Source of the DNA: Gammaproteobacteria bacterium
GTDB taxonomy: Bacteria > Pseudomonadota > Gammaproteobacteria > JBCCGL01
NCBI GenBank assembly: GCA_965277715.1
Contig: OZ255836.1
Location: 864,001 to 928,000 of the forward strand
DNA: 64,000 nt
Direction: 5' to 3'
Shown here: piece by piece, positions 44,118-54,480 of the stretch
Numbering within the stretch: the stretch's first letter is position 1
Layout: the number at the start of each line of letters is the position of its first letter
The notes under the pieces: model-generated
What the model was told of the DNA's origin: nothing
The model's input: only the letters and a program-made list of their open reading frames with translations
Databases searched by the model: none
Translations under genes and position numbers: made by a program

Positions 44118-45170
44118 TCACTCCCGCTGTAATGGTACGGCACGTGATTCGCCTAATGCCAGTGATACAAAATCAGATGACTGCAAACCCTCGGCAGCCG
44201 CTTTAAGTCGACGTGGCGGTTCGTCAATTGGTTCTGCGGTCAATGGAAAAGTGCCCCAGTGAACACCTACTGAAAAGCGAGCGCCAATATCCAAATGTAT
44301 TTGCACTGCCTCCTCTGGGTTAACGTGCATGTCTTGCATAAACCAGCGCGGCGCATAAGCCCCTATGGGAATAATGCCAAGGTCGAATGGTCCCAGGCGC
44401 TGGCCAATTTCCTTAAACTGCATATCGTTATAACCGGTATCGCCTGCAAACCAAAATTTAAACCCGTCAATCTGCACTGCCCAGGCTGCCCACAGTTGCT
44501 GGTAGCGATCAAATAGTCCCCGTCCGGTCCAGTGTTGTGAAGGGGTTGCAGTAACAAGTATCTGCCCGTGCTGTTGGCTGTCCCACCAGTCAAACTCTAT
44601 TACCCGGTTTATGCCGAGATCGGAAAACCATGATTTATAACGCAGGGGAACCATCCAGGTCGCCTGGTCGCCAATCTGCTTAACGCTGGCTTCATCCAGG
44701 TGGTCATAGTGGTTGTGTGAAATCAGTACGATATCAATTGGCGGTAACTGTTCTATTGAAACCGGAACAGGTGTAATCCGCTCCGGGCCAGCAAAGCAAA
44801 CCGGTGAAGCGATATCCGAGAATATCGGGTCTGTGAGTATATTGATACCGTGATACTGTACCAATGTACTGGAGTGACCGAGCCAGGTAATGGTGGGTAC
44901 ATTGGGGTCGGGTGTATTGAGCCCTGCACTTTTATCTACTTGCGGCACTTTGTGTGCTTGCCCGTCGTAGTCGAACCATTGATCGTCACCAAAATACCGC
45001 ATCCGTAAAAAATCTAAAAAGCCTGTTTTTTTAGGTTGAATATAGATGTTTTTGAACCCATCGGGTGTGTGGTGCGATTTGGTAGGATCGGGTAATGAGG
45101 CTGTCTTTGTAGCGCAGGCTACCATCAGGCAGCTTAAACATAAGGTGGTAAGCCAGTTGATATTACTCAT
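44118..45170 (-). CDS. MBL-fold metallohydrolase (NAPE-PLD/RomA-like), probable lipoprotein
   Basis: Lipobox-like LMVAC, WLGHSS, ISHNHYDHLD, FAGDTGY, PIGAY.P, HWGTF. Confidence 0.88.
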   Translation of the reverse strand: MSNINWLTTLCLSCLMVACATKTASLPDPTKSHHTPDGFKNIYIQPKKTGFLDFLRMRYFGDDQWFDYDGQAHKVPQVDKSAGLNTPDPNVPTITWLGHSSTLVQYHGINILTDPIFSDIASPVCFAGPERITPVPVSIEQLPPIDIVLISHNHYDHLDEASVKQIGDQATWMVPLRYKSWFSDLGINRVIEFDWWDSQQHGQILVTATPSQHWTGRGLFDRYQQLWAAWAVQIDGFKFWFAGDTGYNDMQFKEIGQRLGPFDLGIIPIGAYAPRWFMQDMHVNPEEAVQIHLDIGARFSVGVHWGTFPLTAEPIDEPPRRLKAAAEGLQSSDFVSLALGESRAVPLQRE

Positions 45171-45318
45171 AGAGGTGGGTATCAGTAAAAAATAGCGACA
45201 GTAAGGTATTGGCGCAATTTTTTCATCCGTTTATACAACTTTTTGGTCAGTGACAGTTTAATACCTGCCTTGGAATTTTCTGCATCAAATACCGGGGCGG
45301 GTTTATTATTCTGGAAAA

Positions 45319-46188
45319 TTAATCACGCACAACCTCCAAGGTCACCCGCCGGTTGATAGCCCGCCCCCGATCGGTTTTATTACTCTTTAAAGGCTTTTCT
45401 GCCCCGTAACTGGTGTGTTCAATCATCGATTCAGGTACACCTTTTGAGGTGAGGTAATCCAGTACGCGGTAAGTGCGGAATTCTGATAGGTCGGTGTTAT
45501 ACCGTTTGGAGCCAACACTGTCAGTGTGGCCACCTAACACTAATCGCTTCACTGTGCTATCTATCCTGATATATTTAATGACCTTATCCAATCTGGATTT
45601 GGTTGCTTCGCTGAGCGTGTCACTGTTAGATTCAAAATTGATATTGACGAAGCTCACATCATCGAACCCAAAGGGCAATAATTCGGCAATGCAATAATTA
45701 AAGTGTTTATGTGCCGCACGAAAGTTTACCGGTGACAAACTAACCAATAGAATCTCTGTGGCATCTGCGGCGTCTTTATACGAAAACGTTGGCCGCCTGC
45801 CATTTTCAAGTTCATACAATAAACGCAACGTCTGTATGCGGTTTAAAACAAGTGGCACGTTACTGCCATTGTCTTTGGCGCTGCCGAGGTTTTTTTCAGT
45901 CGCGGGGAGTGGGTTTGAGAAATACCATTCAGGGTTTACCGAATCTATCGCGATAGCCTGCTGGCGGTTGCTGGCCTTGAAGGCAGAGAGCGTGAAGTGG
46001 GCCTCTTCTCCTGCCGCTTTGCGAAACCGTGCAATGCCGTATTGCGGGATGATATGTGTTATTTCACAAAGCAACTTTTCAGTGCGGACAGTCCACCGCG
46101 ATTCGTGCATATCGGCCAAATAGTGCCGGTCAATAGCACGGGTCATTGGTACTAAAAGCAAACCGAGTGTGAGTAATAACCATTTCAT
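45319..46188 (-). CDS. MotY-like protein (N-terminal Cys-pair domain + OmpA_C peptidoglycan-binding domain)
   Basis: Signal peptide, SRW...CEITHIIPQYGIARF...CIAELLPFGF, GHTDSVG...NTDLS..R, GRAINRRV. Confidence 0.75.
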   Translation of the reverse strand: MKWLLLTLGLLLVPMTRAIDRHYLADMHESRWTVRTEKLLCEITHIIPQYGIARFRKAAGEEAHFTLSAFKASNRQQAIAIDSVNPEWYFSNPLPATEKNLGSAKDNGSNVPLVLNRIQTLRLLYELENGRRPTFSYKDAADATEILLVSLSPVNFRAAHKHFNYCIAELLPFGFDDVSFVNINFESNSDTLSEATKSRLDKVIKYIRIDSTVKRLVLGGHTDSVGSKRYNTDLSEFRTYRVLDYLTSKGVPESMIEHTSYGAEKPLKSNKTDRGRAINRRVTLEVVRD

Positions 46189-46311
46189 TGTGCCCGTGAA
46201 GCAAATATAACGCCATTTTTGCCTGTTGAAATGGAGAGGGTGCGGTGTTTTTGACGGGTAATATTTACCCGCTATTGAGTATTGTGCGGCAGAGGTTTTC
46301 CGTTGCTACTT

Positions 46312-46376
46312 TCGGGTTTAGGCGCTCGTAGCGAGGGAAAGACCGGTTTGAGTCATTTTTTGCGCACTATTGAGGA
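46312..46376. repeat. Palindromic element family C, single-arm copy C2
   Basis: Reverse complement matches 60302-60368 except for 3 substitutions and the A-run length. Abuts the dsrH stop codon. Confidence 0.85.
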
Positions 46377-46679
46377 TTATAACCAGGAGGCAGTGTTGTC
46401 GTATTCGGTGGTGAGGTCGACAAACCCAGCGTAGTCGACCAGTGTAATTTCATCGAGGATCCGCCCAGCGGGAATACCGCGTGCGGCAATATCCGGTGCC
46501 AGTGCGTATACGGAATTCTCCACCATCGTCTCGGCGAGTGCTGCGTCTGTATCGGGGCGCTTTTGTGCGGCGTATACGGCATCTTCAATCAGTAATACGC
46601 CGCTACCGCGTTTTATTAGTCGCAGACAGGTGTGCAGTGCGCTGTGGTCAAAGTGTGATTTGTTAACGATGTGTAGCAT
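46377..46679 (-). CDS. DsrH/TusB sulfur-relay protein
   Basis: MLHIVNKS...ALHTCLR...LLIEDAVYAA...YALAPDIAARGI...VDYAGFVDLT...SWL. Confidence 0.9.
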   Translation of the reverse strand: MLHIVNKSHFDHSALHTCLRLIKRGSGVLLIEDAVYAAQKRPDTDAALAETMVENSVYALAPDIAARGIPAGRILDEITLVDYAGFVDLTTEYDNTASWL

Positions 46680-46828
46680 GGCCATAGCGTGTAGGGTAAA
46701 CAGGGCTTTGTCGGTTGGCAAGGGTTGCATAGCGTAGGGAGAACAGCGCGAGGGTAAATTTCCCGTTTCCAATTAATCGAAAACTTATAAAATGTACGAT
46801 TGCCACCTTAACCCTGCGATATTGACAC

Positions 46829-48292
46829 ATGGATTATTTTCCCCTTTTCACCAAACTGACCGGCAAGCGCTGTGTGCTCGTTGGCGGGGGTGTCGTTGCG
46901 GCCCGCAAATTGGGGGTGTTACTAAAGTGCGGTGCAGATATTGTGGTGGTTTCCCCTGCGCTGGGTGAAGCTTTGCAAGCGTACCCGCCGGGGCATTTTG
47001 AGTACCACCACCGCGCTTTTTTATCTGAGGATATAGCCGGGGCGACACTGGTGGTGGCGGCAACCGATGATGTGGTGCTTAACCAGCAGGTTGCCTCGCT
47101 GTGTAAAGCGGCGGGTATTTTTGTCAATGTGGTCAATGACCCCGCGTGTGGGGATTTTATCTTCCCCTCATTGATTGACCGTTCACCGATCCAGATTGCC
47201 CTGAGTACTGGGGGGAAATCACCGGTTCTGGCGCGCCTGCTACGCTGGCGGTTGGAGGTGATGATCCCACAGGTGTACGGCAACCTCGCGTCGCTGGTGC
47301 ACGATTACCGCGAGCGCGTGAAGGTCAAAATTGCGGCGCCTAAACTGCGACGACGATTTTGGGAACAGGTGCTTCAGGGGCCAATTGCCGAACGCGTATT
47401 TGCAGGCCGGGACGCTGAAGCCCGCAACTCGCTGGAACACCTGCTCACCACGCAGGGGAATTTACAGACGGATGCAGTACCGGCGGGTGAGGTTTACCTG
47501 GTCGGCGCCGGGCCAGGTGACCCGGATTTATTGACATTTCGCGCCATGCGCCTGATGCAACAGGCGGATGTGGTGGTTTACGACCGGCTGGTACCAGACA
47601 CCATTTTAGCGATGGTACACCAGAGTGCAGAGCGCATTTATGTGGGCAAGCAGCGCGCCGACCACAGTGTGCCACAGGAGGGCATTAACGCCTTATTGGT
47701 GCGCTTGGCCAGGCAGGGCAAGCGTGTGTTGCGCCTGAAAGGCGGGGACCCGTTTATCTTCGGTCGCGGCGGCGAGGAAATAGAAACGCTGATCGATGAG
47801 GGCATTGGGTTTCAGGTTGTACCCGGTATTACGGCGGCCTCGGGGTGTGCCACGTATGCAGGGATTCCTCTCACCCACCGTGCGCATTCGCAAGCGTGTA
47901 TTTTTGTCACCGGGCATTTAAAGGATGGCAGCGTAAACCTCAACTGGGGCATGTTGGCCCACCCTCAGCAAACGGTGGTTTTTTATATGGGGCTGCACGG
48001 TATTGCGATAATCTGCCAACAACTGATTGCCCACGGCAGGGCGGTGGATACCCCGGCTGCACTGATTCAGCAGGGAACCACGCCGCATCACCGGGCGATT
48101 ATTGGTGACCTTGCAAGTTTACCCGCGCTGGTCGCCAATAATGAGGTGCGTGCACCCACATTGATTATTGTCGGCGAGGTGGTGAGCTTGCATGAAAAAC
48201 TGCGCTGGTTTAAAACGGGCTCTGAGATAGTACGCTCAGATGATAAGGCCGAGGATGATAAGGCTAGAGATGATAAGACCGGGAATAAATAA
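46829..48292 (+). CDS. cysG: Siroheme synthase
   Basis: [56 protein letters not shown]. Confidence 0.97.
   Translation: MDYFPLFTKLTGKRCVLVGGGVVAARKLGVLLKCGADIVVVSPALGEALQAYPPGHFEYHHRAFLSEDIAGATLVVAATDDVVLNQQVASLCKAAGIFVNVVNDPACGDFIFPSLIDRSPIQIALSTGGKSPVLARLLRWRLEVMIPQVYGNLASLVHDYRERVKVKIAAPKLRRRFWEQVLQGPIAERVFAGRDAEARNSLEHLLTTQGNLQTDAVPAGEVYLVGAGPGDPDLLTFRAMRLMQQADVVVYDRLVPDTILAMVHQSAERIYVGKQRADHSVPQEGINALLVRLARQGKRVLRLKGGDPFIFGRGGEEIETLIDEGIGFQVVPGITAASGCATYAGIPLTHRAHSQACIFVTGHLKDGSVNLNWGMLAHPQQTVVFYMGLHGIAIICQQLIAHGRAVDTPAALIQQGTTPHHRAIIGDLASLPALVANNEVRAPTLIIVGEVVSLHEKLRWFKTGSEIVRSDDKAEDDKARDDKTGNK
48239..48283 (+). repeat. 15-bp tandem repeat x3 encoding the [15 protein letters not shown] tail of CysG
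   Basis: GATGATAAGGCCGAG GATGATAAGGCTAGA GATGATAAGACCGGG. Confidence 0.8.
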
Positions 48293-48479
48293 CAAATAAT
48301 AAATGAAACACTTGGGCTAACAATTAATAACCCGTTCTGAACAGGTATCGGCAGGCGCTGTCTTTGTCGATACGGTAGTGAGATCAGTGCGGATGCCGTG
48401 CTGGGGGCGTGGGTGGAGCTTCGGGTCAGCTTGCGTAAACAGCCGGTTTTTACCGACGATGAAGAGGCACTGTTAGTAT

Positions 48480-49202
48480 TTAACGATCAGGTCTATTGAT
48501 ATAACGCAGGGTTAAATAACCGGACAACGAGCCCAGAACCACCCAAAATATACCCAGGGTAATCGCTGTGGCGATAAAAAATGTCTGTTCCAATGCGGTC
48601 AACGCACTCACCGCATCGGGTGTGTTATTGGCAAAACCAGGGACGGCAGGCTGTGGCGCACCAATAAGATGGGGTGCCAGCAGTAGCGGGATAGCGGCCA
48701 GTTTAATGTGTTTTTTGCCAAAAGCCAGTACACCTAACCCCGCTGCGGTTAAGCCAATAGTACTCAGCCACCAAACCTGACGACCTTCCAGCGGCGCTGC
48801 TTGTACGCCTGGAATTTCAGGCGGTAAACCCAGGGAAGGCGCGATAAAAAACACCGTGTAACCCGCCAATCCCCATACAATCCCTGTCTGCCAGTTTGCA
48901 GTCCCGCGAAAACTGATGGCACTTAACAGTAAGAGGGCGTAGGCACAGGCGATAACGACAGTTGCAAGCATCGAGTAAAGCGTGCGTTCCAGGCCATCGT
49001 GCGGCGCCCAGCCATCTCCATGTGTATGTTCGCCCGGCTCACTTGAGGTCAGCCCCCCCCCGGATGCTATCCCTTCATTGGCTTCGTAAGCCTCGGCGGC
49101 AATAATAATCGGCGTGGTAATAAATGCCTGTAAGACACCCAAAAGGCCGCCGGATACCAAACCTAACAGCAGCGATGCCAGTACTATCCTGCGGAACAAC
49201 AT
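48480..49202 (-). CDS. cbtA: Probable cobalt transporter subunit CbtA
   Basis: TPIIIAAEAYE, His-rich loop, WAPHDGLER, PSLGLPPEIPG, RQVWW, PHLIGAP. Confidence 0.9.
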   Translation of the reverse strand: MLFRRIVLASLLLGLVSGGLLGVLQAFITTPIIIAAEAYEANEGIASGGGLTSSEPGEHTHGDGWAPHDGLERTLYSMLATVVIACAYALLLLSAISFRGTANWQTGIVWGLAGYTVFFIAPSLGLPPEIPGVQAAPLEGRQVWWLSTIGLTAAGLGVLAFGKKHIKLAAIPLLLAPHLIGAPQPAVPGFANNTPDAVSALTALEQTFFIATAITLGIFWVVLGSLSGYLTLRYINRPDR

Positions 49203-49217
49203 GTAAGGAGCTAGGGG

Positions 49218-49394
49218 CTAGTGACAGGGAAACGATACAGAGTGGCGGGAGTCGTGGGCGGCGTTATGCACTGCATTAACGGGGGCAAAGCCAACAAAAA
49301 GTAGAATAACCAGACCGAGCACGCTGGTAGCGAGCACCTGGCTGATACGTGAGCTGGATAGATCAATAGCGGTTTCTACGGCGTTTTGTTGCAT
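49218..49394 (-). CDS. cbtB: Probable cobalt transporter subunit CbtB
   Basis: Small TM peptide ending VHNAAHDSRHSVSFPCH; GGAG RBS upstream. Confidence 0.9.
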   Translation of the reverse strand: MQQNAVETAIDLSSSRISQVLATSVLGLVILLFVGFAPVNAVHNAAHDSRHSVSFPCH

Positions 49395-49509
49395 GGCATG
49401 CACTCCTGAAGCGGGATTAAGTATTGCACTGAATCTGAAAGAGCCCCGTTTTAATGAGTGGGGCCGGGTGCATGCACGCCGGGAAATCTTCCTTCGAGAT
49501 TTCAGACAG

Positions 49510-49695
49510 ATTGCTAGGGGCCGGTCTCCGGGCTGATGGTATATCGGTGTATACATGACACCGTATAGCCAATCACCGTTGCGAGGACAGCGCCGGGTTT
49601 ATGCCCATACAGCCTTAATTTAAGCGGTATTAGAGCCTGCACCGGACTTTCCCGATTAAGCCTTGAAACGGTTGTTTCAGGGCGCCACAAAGCAG
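49510..49695 (-). ncRNA. Cobalamin riboswitch
   Basis: Minus strand carries AATCGGGAAAGTCCGGTG...CCGGCGCTGTCCTCGCAACGGTGA...AGCCCGGAGACCGGCC (B12 box), directly upstream of cbtBA. Boundaries approximate. Confidence 0.9.
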
Positions 49696-49853
49696 CTGCA
49701 AGGTTAGTGTCTACAAGCATAATGTCAATGTTTTTTTACGGTTATTGCCACCCTCCTGCGGCATACAAGCACGTTTACGCGACATCTAACAAACGCCCTC
49801 TTAATGGTGTCATATGACTTATCATTGCCCCATCATTTTAGTGAGATTCGAAG

Positions 49854-52800
49854 ATGAGCCGCGACGTTGCATTGGATGATAAGTACACGCTTCAATCTGG
49901 CAGAGCCTATCTGACGGGTACACAAGCGCTTACCCGGCTACCGATGATGCAACGCCAGCGCGATTTGGCGGCGGGGCTGAATACCGCCGGGTTTATCTCG
50001 GGCTATCGAGGCTCGCCTTTGGGTGGGTTTGATAAGGCATTGTGGCGGGCCAGCTCGCAACTGGCGGCGCACAAAATTTATTTTCAACCCGGTGTCAATG
50101 AAGACCTTGGCGCCACTGCTGTATGGGGTTCACAGCAGGTGAATTTATTCAGGGGCGCGCAGTACGATGGGGTCTTTGGCCTTTGGTATGGTAAAGGTCC
50201 CGGGGTGGATCGTAGCGGTGATGTATTTAAACACGCCAATTGTGCAGGGGTTTCCCGTTATGGTGGGGTGTTGGCCGTCGCCGGAGACGACCACACGTGC
50301 AAATCATCAACGCTGCCCCACCAAAGTGAGTACGCATTTATGGATGCACAGATTCCCGTGCTCAACCCCGCTGGCGTTCAGGATATTCTTGACCTTGGCC
50401 TGTTAGGTTGGGCGCTGTCCCGTTTTAGCGGCTGTTGGGTGGGGTTTAAAACCATTGCTGAAACCGTGGACTCTTCGATTTCTGCTTGCATAGACCCCGA
50501 TAGGGTGTCGATCGTCACGCCGGATGATTTTCAGTTTCCCCAGGATGGATTGCACAGCGGGCCGCATATTCGCTGGCCCGATCCACCGTTGGAACAAGAG
50601 CAGCGCCTGCACACCGTTAAATTGCGCGCAGCACTGGCGTTTGTACGGGCCAATAAGGTGAACTACACCGCGATGAGCTGTCAGCGACCCCGTATTGGCA
50701 TTGTTACCACAGGCAAGGCGTACCTCGATGTATTGCAGGCATTGAGTGATTTGCATATTGATGCGCGGGTCGCGGCGGATATCGGCTTAACAGTCTACAA
50801 AGTCGGTCTGTCCTGGCCATTGGAACCACACGGCATTCGCGCATTTGCCGAGGGGCTGGAAGAGCTGATGGTTGTCGAGGAAAAACGGGGCCTGCTCGAA
50901 GCACAACTCAAACAGCAACTCTACCACTGGCCAGAGGCCGTGCGCCCCCGTGTAATTGGCAAATGCGATGAGCGGGGGAACCCGGTTTTACCAACAGCGG
51001 GGGAATTGTCCAGCACACAGGTGGCGGTGTTTATTGCCAGCCGCGTCCAGCGCATTTATCACAGTGAGGCACTACAGGCGCGGGTTGATTTTTTACACGA
51101 TAAACACGCCGCGCTCACCCGGCCCAGCGCACCTATTGCACGCGTCCCGCACTTCTGCCCGGGGTGTCCACACAACACCTCCACCAGGGTGCCGGAAAAC
51201 AGCCGGGCACTGGCGGGTATCGGCTGTCACTATATGGCGATATGGATGGATCGGAAAACGGAAACCTTCACACAAATGGGCGGCGAGGGCGCCTCCTGGA
51301 TTGGCCAGGCAGCGTTTACAGAAACCGACCATGTGTTTGTCAACATCGGCGATGGTACCTACTTCCACTCGGGTTTTTTGGCGATTCGCGCCGCTGTGGC
51401 ATCCAACGTCAACATCACCTACAAGCTGTTATACAACGATGCAGTTGCGATGACAGGGGGGCAACCGGTTGATGGCCAACTCACTGTCGGGCAGATAACC
51501 CACCAACTGTATGGCGAGGGTGTTCACCGTATTTGCGTCGTCAGTGATGAGCCGGAAAAATACCGCCGTGCGGCGGCGTTCGCCCAGGGGGTGTCGATTC
51601 ATCACCGCGATGAAATGGATCATCTGCAATCGGTATTGCGCCAACACAAGGGGACATCGGTATTAATTTATGACCAGACCTGCGCCATGGAAAAGCGTCG
51701 CCGCCGCAAACGGGGGTTGATGGTCGACCCACCGAAACGGCTGTTTATCAACCAGGCCGTATGTGAGGGGTGTGGGGATTGCGGTGAGCAGTCCAACTGC
51801 CTGTCGATTATCCCCGTGGCGACTGAGTTTGGCCGCAAGCGGGCTATCGACCAATCGGCGTGCAATAAAGACTACACCTGCGTAAAGGGTTTTTGCCCCA
51901 GCTTTGTGAGTGTGCACGGCGGTGCATTAAAAAAACCGGACCAACGCGAACAGACCGGAGCATTCCCGGAACTGCCCGATCCACAGCTACCATCGCTCGA
52001 CGCGCCTTACTCGATTGTTGTCGCCGGTGTTGGCGGCACAGGGGTTGTGACGGTAGGCGCCTTGATTGGCATGGCCGCCCATATTGAAGAAAAAGGCTGC
52101 TCGGTGCTGGATATGACTGGCCTGGCACAGAAGTACGGTGCGGTAGTCAGTCATCTGCGCATCGCCAGTGATCAAAAGGCGATTTATGCGGCGCGTATCG
52201 CTGTGGGTGAAGCCAACCTCCTATTGGGGTGTGATTTAGTGGTGGCCGTCAGTACCGATACCCTGGCCAGCGTGGATCGTGCTACGACACATGCCGTCGT
52301 TAACACCCACCCATCGATGCCCGCTGCGTTTACCCAAACCCCCGATTTGGCTTTTCCACAAGACACCCTCGAAAAAATCATTGTCGATGCAACGCGTACA
52401 GACAGTAAAGGGTTTATCGATGCCACCGGGCTGGCCACCCGGTTATTGGGTGATGCGGTATTCGCCAATTTATTAATAGTCGGGTACGCCTACCAGAGCG
52501 GCCTGCTACCCGTGACCGCTACAGCCATCCGTAAAGCGATTGAACTCAACGGTATCGCTGTGGAAAAAAACCACCAGGCATTCCAGTGGGGGCGCTTGGC
52601 AGCCCACGACCGGGTGGCGTTTGACAAATGCAGCGCTGTCTCAAAACCGCGCAAAACCCCCGTCACCTTCGACCAGGTAGAGGACCTTATCGCACACCGC
52701 GCCCGGCATCTTCAAGACTATCAAAATATCGCCTATGCCAACGCGTATCGGCAGGTGATAGCAAATATACAACAGCTCGACAGGCAATATGGTGCAGGCA

Positions 52801-53321
52801 ATGACCAGGCTTTAACACGGGCTGTGGCCGATTGTTACGCTAAAGTACTGGCGTATAAAGACGAATACGAAGTGGCGCGCCTATATGCCGACCCCGCTTT
52901 CTGGGCGGAGCTGAGCGAACAGTTTGAAGGGGATTACCAGGTACATTTTCACCTTGCCCCACCCTGGTTATCCCGCCGGGATAAGCACACCGGCCTTGCA
53001 TTAAAGCGCGAGATTGGCCCGTGGGTTCGGCCATTATTTTCGCTATTGCACAAAATGCGGTTTCTGCGTGGCACGCGCTTTGATATTTTTGGGCACACAC
53101 AGGATCGAAAAATTGAACGGGCGGCTATCGACAATTATCAGGCGTTACTGGAAACACTATTAACCCACACAAACCAGGACAACTACGCCACCGCCGTAGC
53201 ACTGGCGCGTACCCCCGAACAACTGCGCGGTTATGGGCATGTGAAAAAACGGGCGTACGACAAAGTAAAGCAGCAGCAAGCACAGCTAATGTTGCAGTTA
53301 AAGAAAAAACCCTCTCTGTAA
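49854..53321 (+). CDS. Indolepyruvate/2-oxoacid:ferredoxin oxidoreductase family protein (fused subunits)
   Basis: SGYRGSPLGG, FCPGCPHN, GIGCH, GDGTYFHSG (ThDP), CEGCGDC...C, GVGGTGVVT, YKDEYEVARL. Confidence 0.93.
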   Translation: MSRDVALDDKYTLQSGRAYLTGTQALTRLPMMQRQRDLAAGLNTAGFISGYRGSPLGGFDKALWRASSQLAAHKIYFQPGVNEDLGATAVWGSQQVNLFRGAQYDGVFGLWYGKGPGVDRSGDVFKHANCAGVSRYGGVLAVAGDDHTCKSSTLPHQSEYAFMDAQIPVLNPAGVQDILDLGLLGWALSRFSGCWVGFKTIAETVDSSISACIDPDRVSIVTPDDFQFPQDGLHSGPHIRWPDPPLEQEQRLHTVKLRAALAFVRANKVNYTAMSCQRPRIGIVTTGKAYLDVLQALSDLHIDARVAADIGLTVYKVGLSWPLEPHGIRAFAEGLEELMVVEEKRGLLEAQLKQQLYHWPEAVRPRVIGKCDERGNPVLPTAGELSSTQVAVFIASRVQRIYHSEALQARVDFLHDKHAALTRPSAPIARVPHFCPGCPHNTSTRVPENSRALAGIGCHYMAIWMDRKTETFTQMGGEGASWIGQAAFTETDHVFVNIGDGTYFHSGFLAIRAAVASNVNITYKLLYNDAVAMTGGQPVDGQLTVGQITHQLYGEGVHRICVVSDEPEKYRRAAAFAQGVSIHHRDEMDHLQSVLRQHKGTSVLIYDQTCAMEKRRRRKRGLMVDPPKRLFINQAVCEGCGDCGEQSNCLSIIPVATEFGRKRAIDQSACNKDYTCVKGFCPSFVSVHGGALKKPDQREQTGAFPELPDPQLPSLDAPYSIVVAGVGGTGVVTVGALIGMAAHIEEKGCSVLDMTGLAQKYGAVVSHLRIASDQKAIYAARIAVGEANLLLGCDLVVAVSTDTLASVDRATTHAVVNTHPSMPAAFTQTPDLAFPQDTLEKIIVDATRTDSKGFIDATGLATRLLGDAVFANLLIVGYAYQSGLLPVTATAIRKAIELNGIAVEKNHQAFQWGRLAAHDRVAFDKCSAVSKPRKTPVTFDQVEDLIAHRARHLQDYQNIAYANAYRQVIANIQQLDRQYGAGNDQALTRAVADCYAKVLAYKDEYEVARLYADPAFWAELSEQFEGDYQVHFHLAPPWLSRRDKHTGLALKREIGPWVRPLFSLLHKMRFLRGTRFDIFGHTQDRKIERAAIDNYQALLETLLTHTNQDNYATAVALARTPEQLRGYGHVKKRAYDKVKQQQAQLMLQLKKKPSL

Positions 53322-53340
53322 TTAAACAGGTGAATTATTC

Positions 53341-53377
53341 ACATACAAACTCCGGCGTTTATTCCGTGTATGTGCCT
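53341..53377. repeat. Family B arm, copy B3
   Basis: Reverse complement AGGCACATACACGGAATAAACGCCGGAGTTTG aligns to the B2 left arm and to B1. Preceded by AACGTT, as are B2 and B4. Confidence 0.65.
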
Positions 53378-53465
53378 AACGTTACGTGAGCGCAGGCTGG
53401 AAGCGTTTAAATTGGAGCGAAACGGCAGAGGATCTGCTCCCATGAACTGGAGCCTTGATAGAATA

Positions 53466-53954
53466 CTATTTAACCAGTGCGTCCATGGCGGAAAGCGCTA
53501 AAGCCAGCCTGTTTGTTGATTCCCGCAAGCGCTTGAAACCAAACTCCTCATAAAAAGTAGCGGCTTTTTCATCCTTCGCATCAACCACCATGCCTAAAAT
53601 TCCTACTTTTTCCGCTGCCTCTAAAGTGGTTTTAAAGGCATGAAAAATGAGGGTGTCCCCGTAGCCTTGTCCCTGGAAATCTTTATCCATTGCTAACCTG
53701 CCCAAAAGTAGAAACGGGACATCCCTGTAACCGACCAGTTTAATATCGTCCGGCAGGTTATCGCGTAAAACGGAATGTGCGCTGATAGAATAATAGCCCA
53801 TCACTCGTTCTTCTTCCGCTACAACATAAACTTTGCTCAGGCTGCGCCGTTGATCCTGATTAGCCCTGCGTTGCAAATAGAGGTTAAGCGCCTCGACACC
53901 GCAATCAAAGCGCTTACGATCATGCTTTTTCGGATTGAGCGGTTCAAACTGCAT
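53466..53954 (-). CDS. GNAT acetyltransferase toxin (TacT/AtaT-like)
   Basis: HDRKRFDCGVEALNLYL, GYYSIS, LLGRLAMDKDFQGQGYG, VVDAKDEKAATFYEEFGF. Confidence 0.9.
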   Translation of the reverse strand: MQFEPLNPKKHDRKRFDCGVEALNLYLQRRANQDQRRSLSKVYVVAEEERVMGYYSISAHSVLRDNLPDDIKLVGYRDVPFLLLGRLAMDKDFQGQGYGDTLIFHAFKTTLEAAEKVGILGMVVDAKDEKAATFYEEFGFKRLRESTNRLALALSAMDALVK

Positions 53955-54234
53955 GAGAGGCGGCAATTTTTCCGTATTTTTCCGCCGCTTTTTTCATGCG
54001 CTGTGTAGGCTCAGGCGGATTGTCCAGCATATTAAAGAACCTGTACCAGTCTTCCTGAGTAAAAAGCGTTTTTTCATGTTCCGCGATAATCGCTTCGGCC
54101 TTCTCACGAATGCTATGACGAACAAACTTGCTTTTATCCAGCTTGACGTAGGAACGGGCGCGCTCCATTAAGTCAGCCGTTACGGCATCCATGCGAAACT
54201 TTAATGTATCGTCTTTTCTTACATTGACAGTCAT
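53944..54234 (-). CDS. DUF1778 (TacA/AtaR-like) RHH antitoxin
   Basis: About 96 aa: KDDTLKFRM...LMERA...KSKFVR...AEAII...FFNMLDNPPEPTQRMKKA. Overlaps the GNAT gene. Confidence 0.9.
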   Translation of the reverse strand: MTVNVRKDDTLKFRMDAVTADLMERARSYVKLDKSKFVRHSIREKAEAIIAEHEKTLFTQEDWYRFFNMLDNPPEPTQRMKKAAEKYGKIAASHAV

Positions 54235-54264
54235 AATAAACACCTATCTTTCCTAATCTCTATA

Positions 54265-54294
54265 ATTGTACCCACAAATGTTCTCGTTTTTCAA
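54265..54294 (-). promoter_or_regulatory. Sigma70-like promoter of the TA operon
   Basis: Minus strand TTGAAA-18 bp-TACAAT, about 30 bp upstream of the antitoxin start. Confidence 0.6.
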
Positions 54295-54480
54295 TAAGTG
54301 GAATGGGGTACGTTTCTCTAGTCGCCGATCAGCAAGTCTTTATGTATCTTCCTCGGCGCAATGATCACGGTATAAGCACAATTGCACCTGCCACCAAAAA
54401 TCCGCCACGTAGAGTTTGTTTTTTTCAACGACTTTTTTCTCGAAAAATATAGCGCAGCTTAAGGCGCTATTGCCGTAATC

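Noticed and set aside
44118-45170. Metallo-beta-lactamase resistance gene
   Set aside because: Motifs (PIGAY.P, HWGTF) fit the NAPE-PLD/RomA-like hydrolase group rather than class B beta-lactamases.
45319-46188. Isolated motY-like gene as an anomaly
   Set aside because: motY commonly lies outside flagellar clusters in Gammaproteobacteria.
46272-46285. CTATTGAGTATTG shared with about 56999-57011, plus short GGCAGAGG / GGATCTGCT matches near 53425
   Set aside because: Too short to extend into an alignment. Could be a decayed fifth repeat family, but not supportable by eye.
53371-53465. attC-like site after the GNAT toxin (ends in GTTAGGC on the minus strand)
   Set aside because: No matching RYYYAAC or paired L boxes; GTTAGGC is explained by the AACGTT + family B junction.
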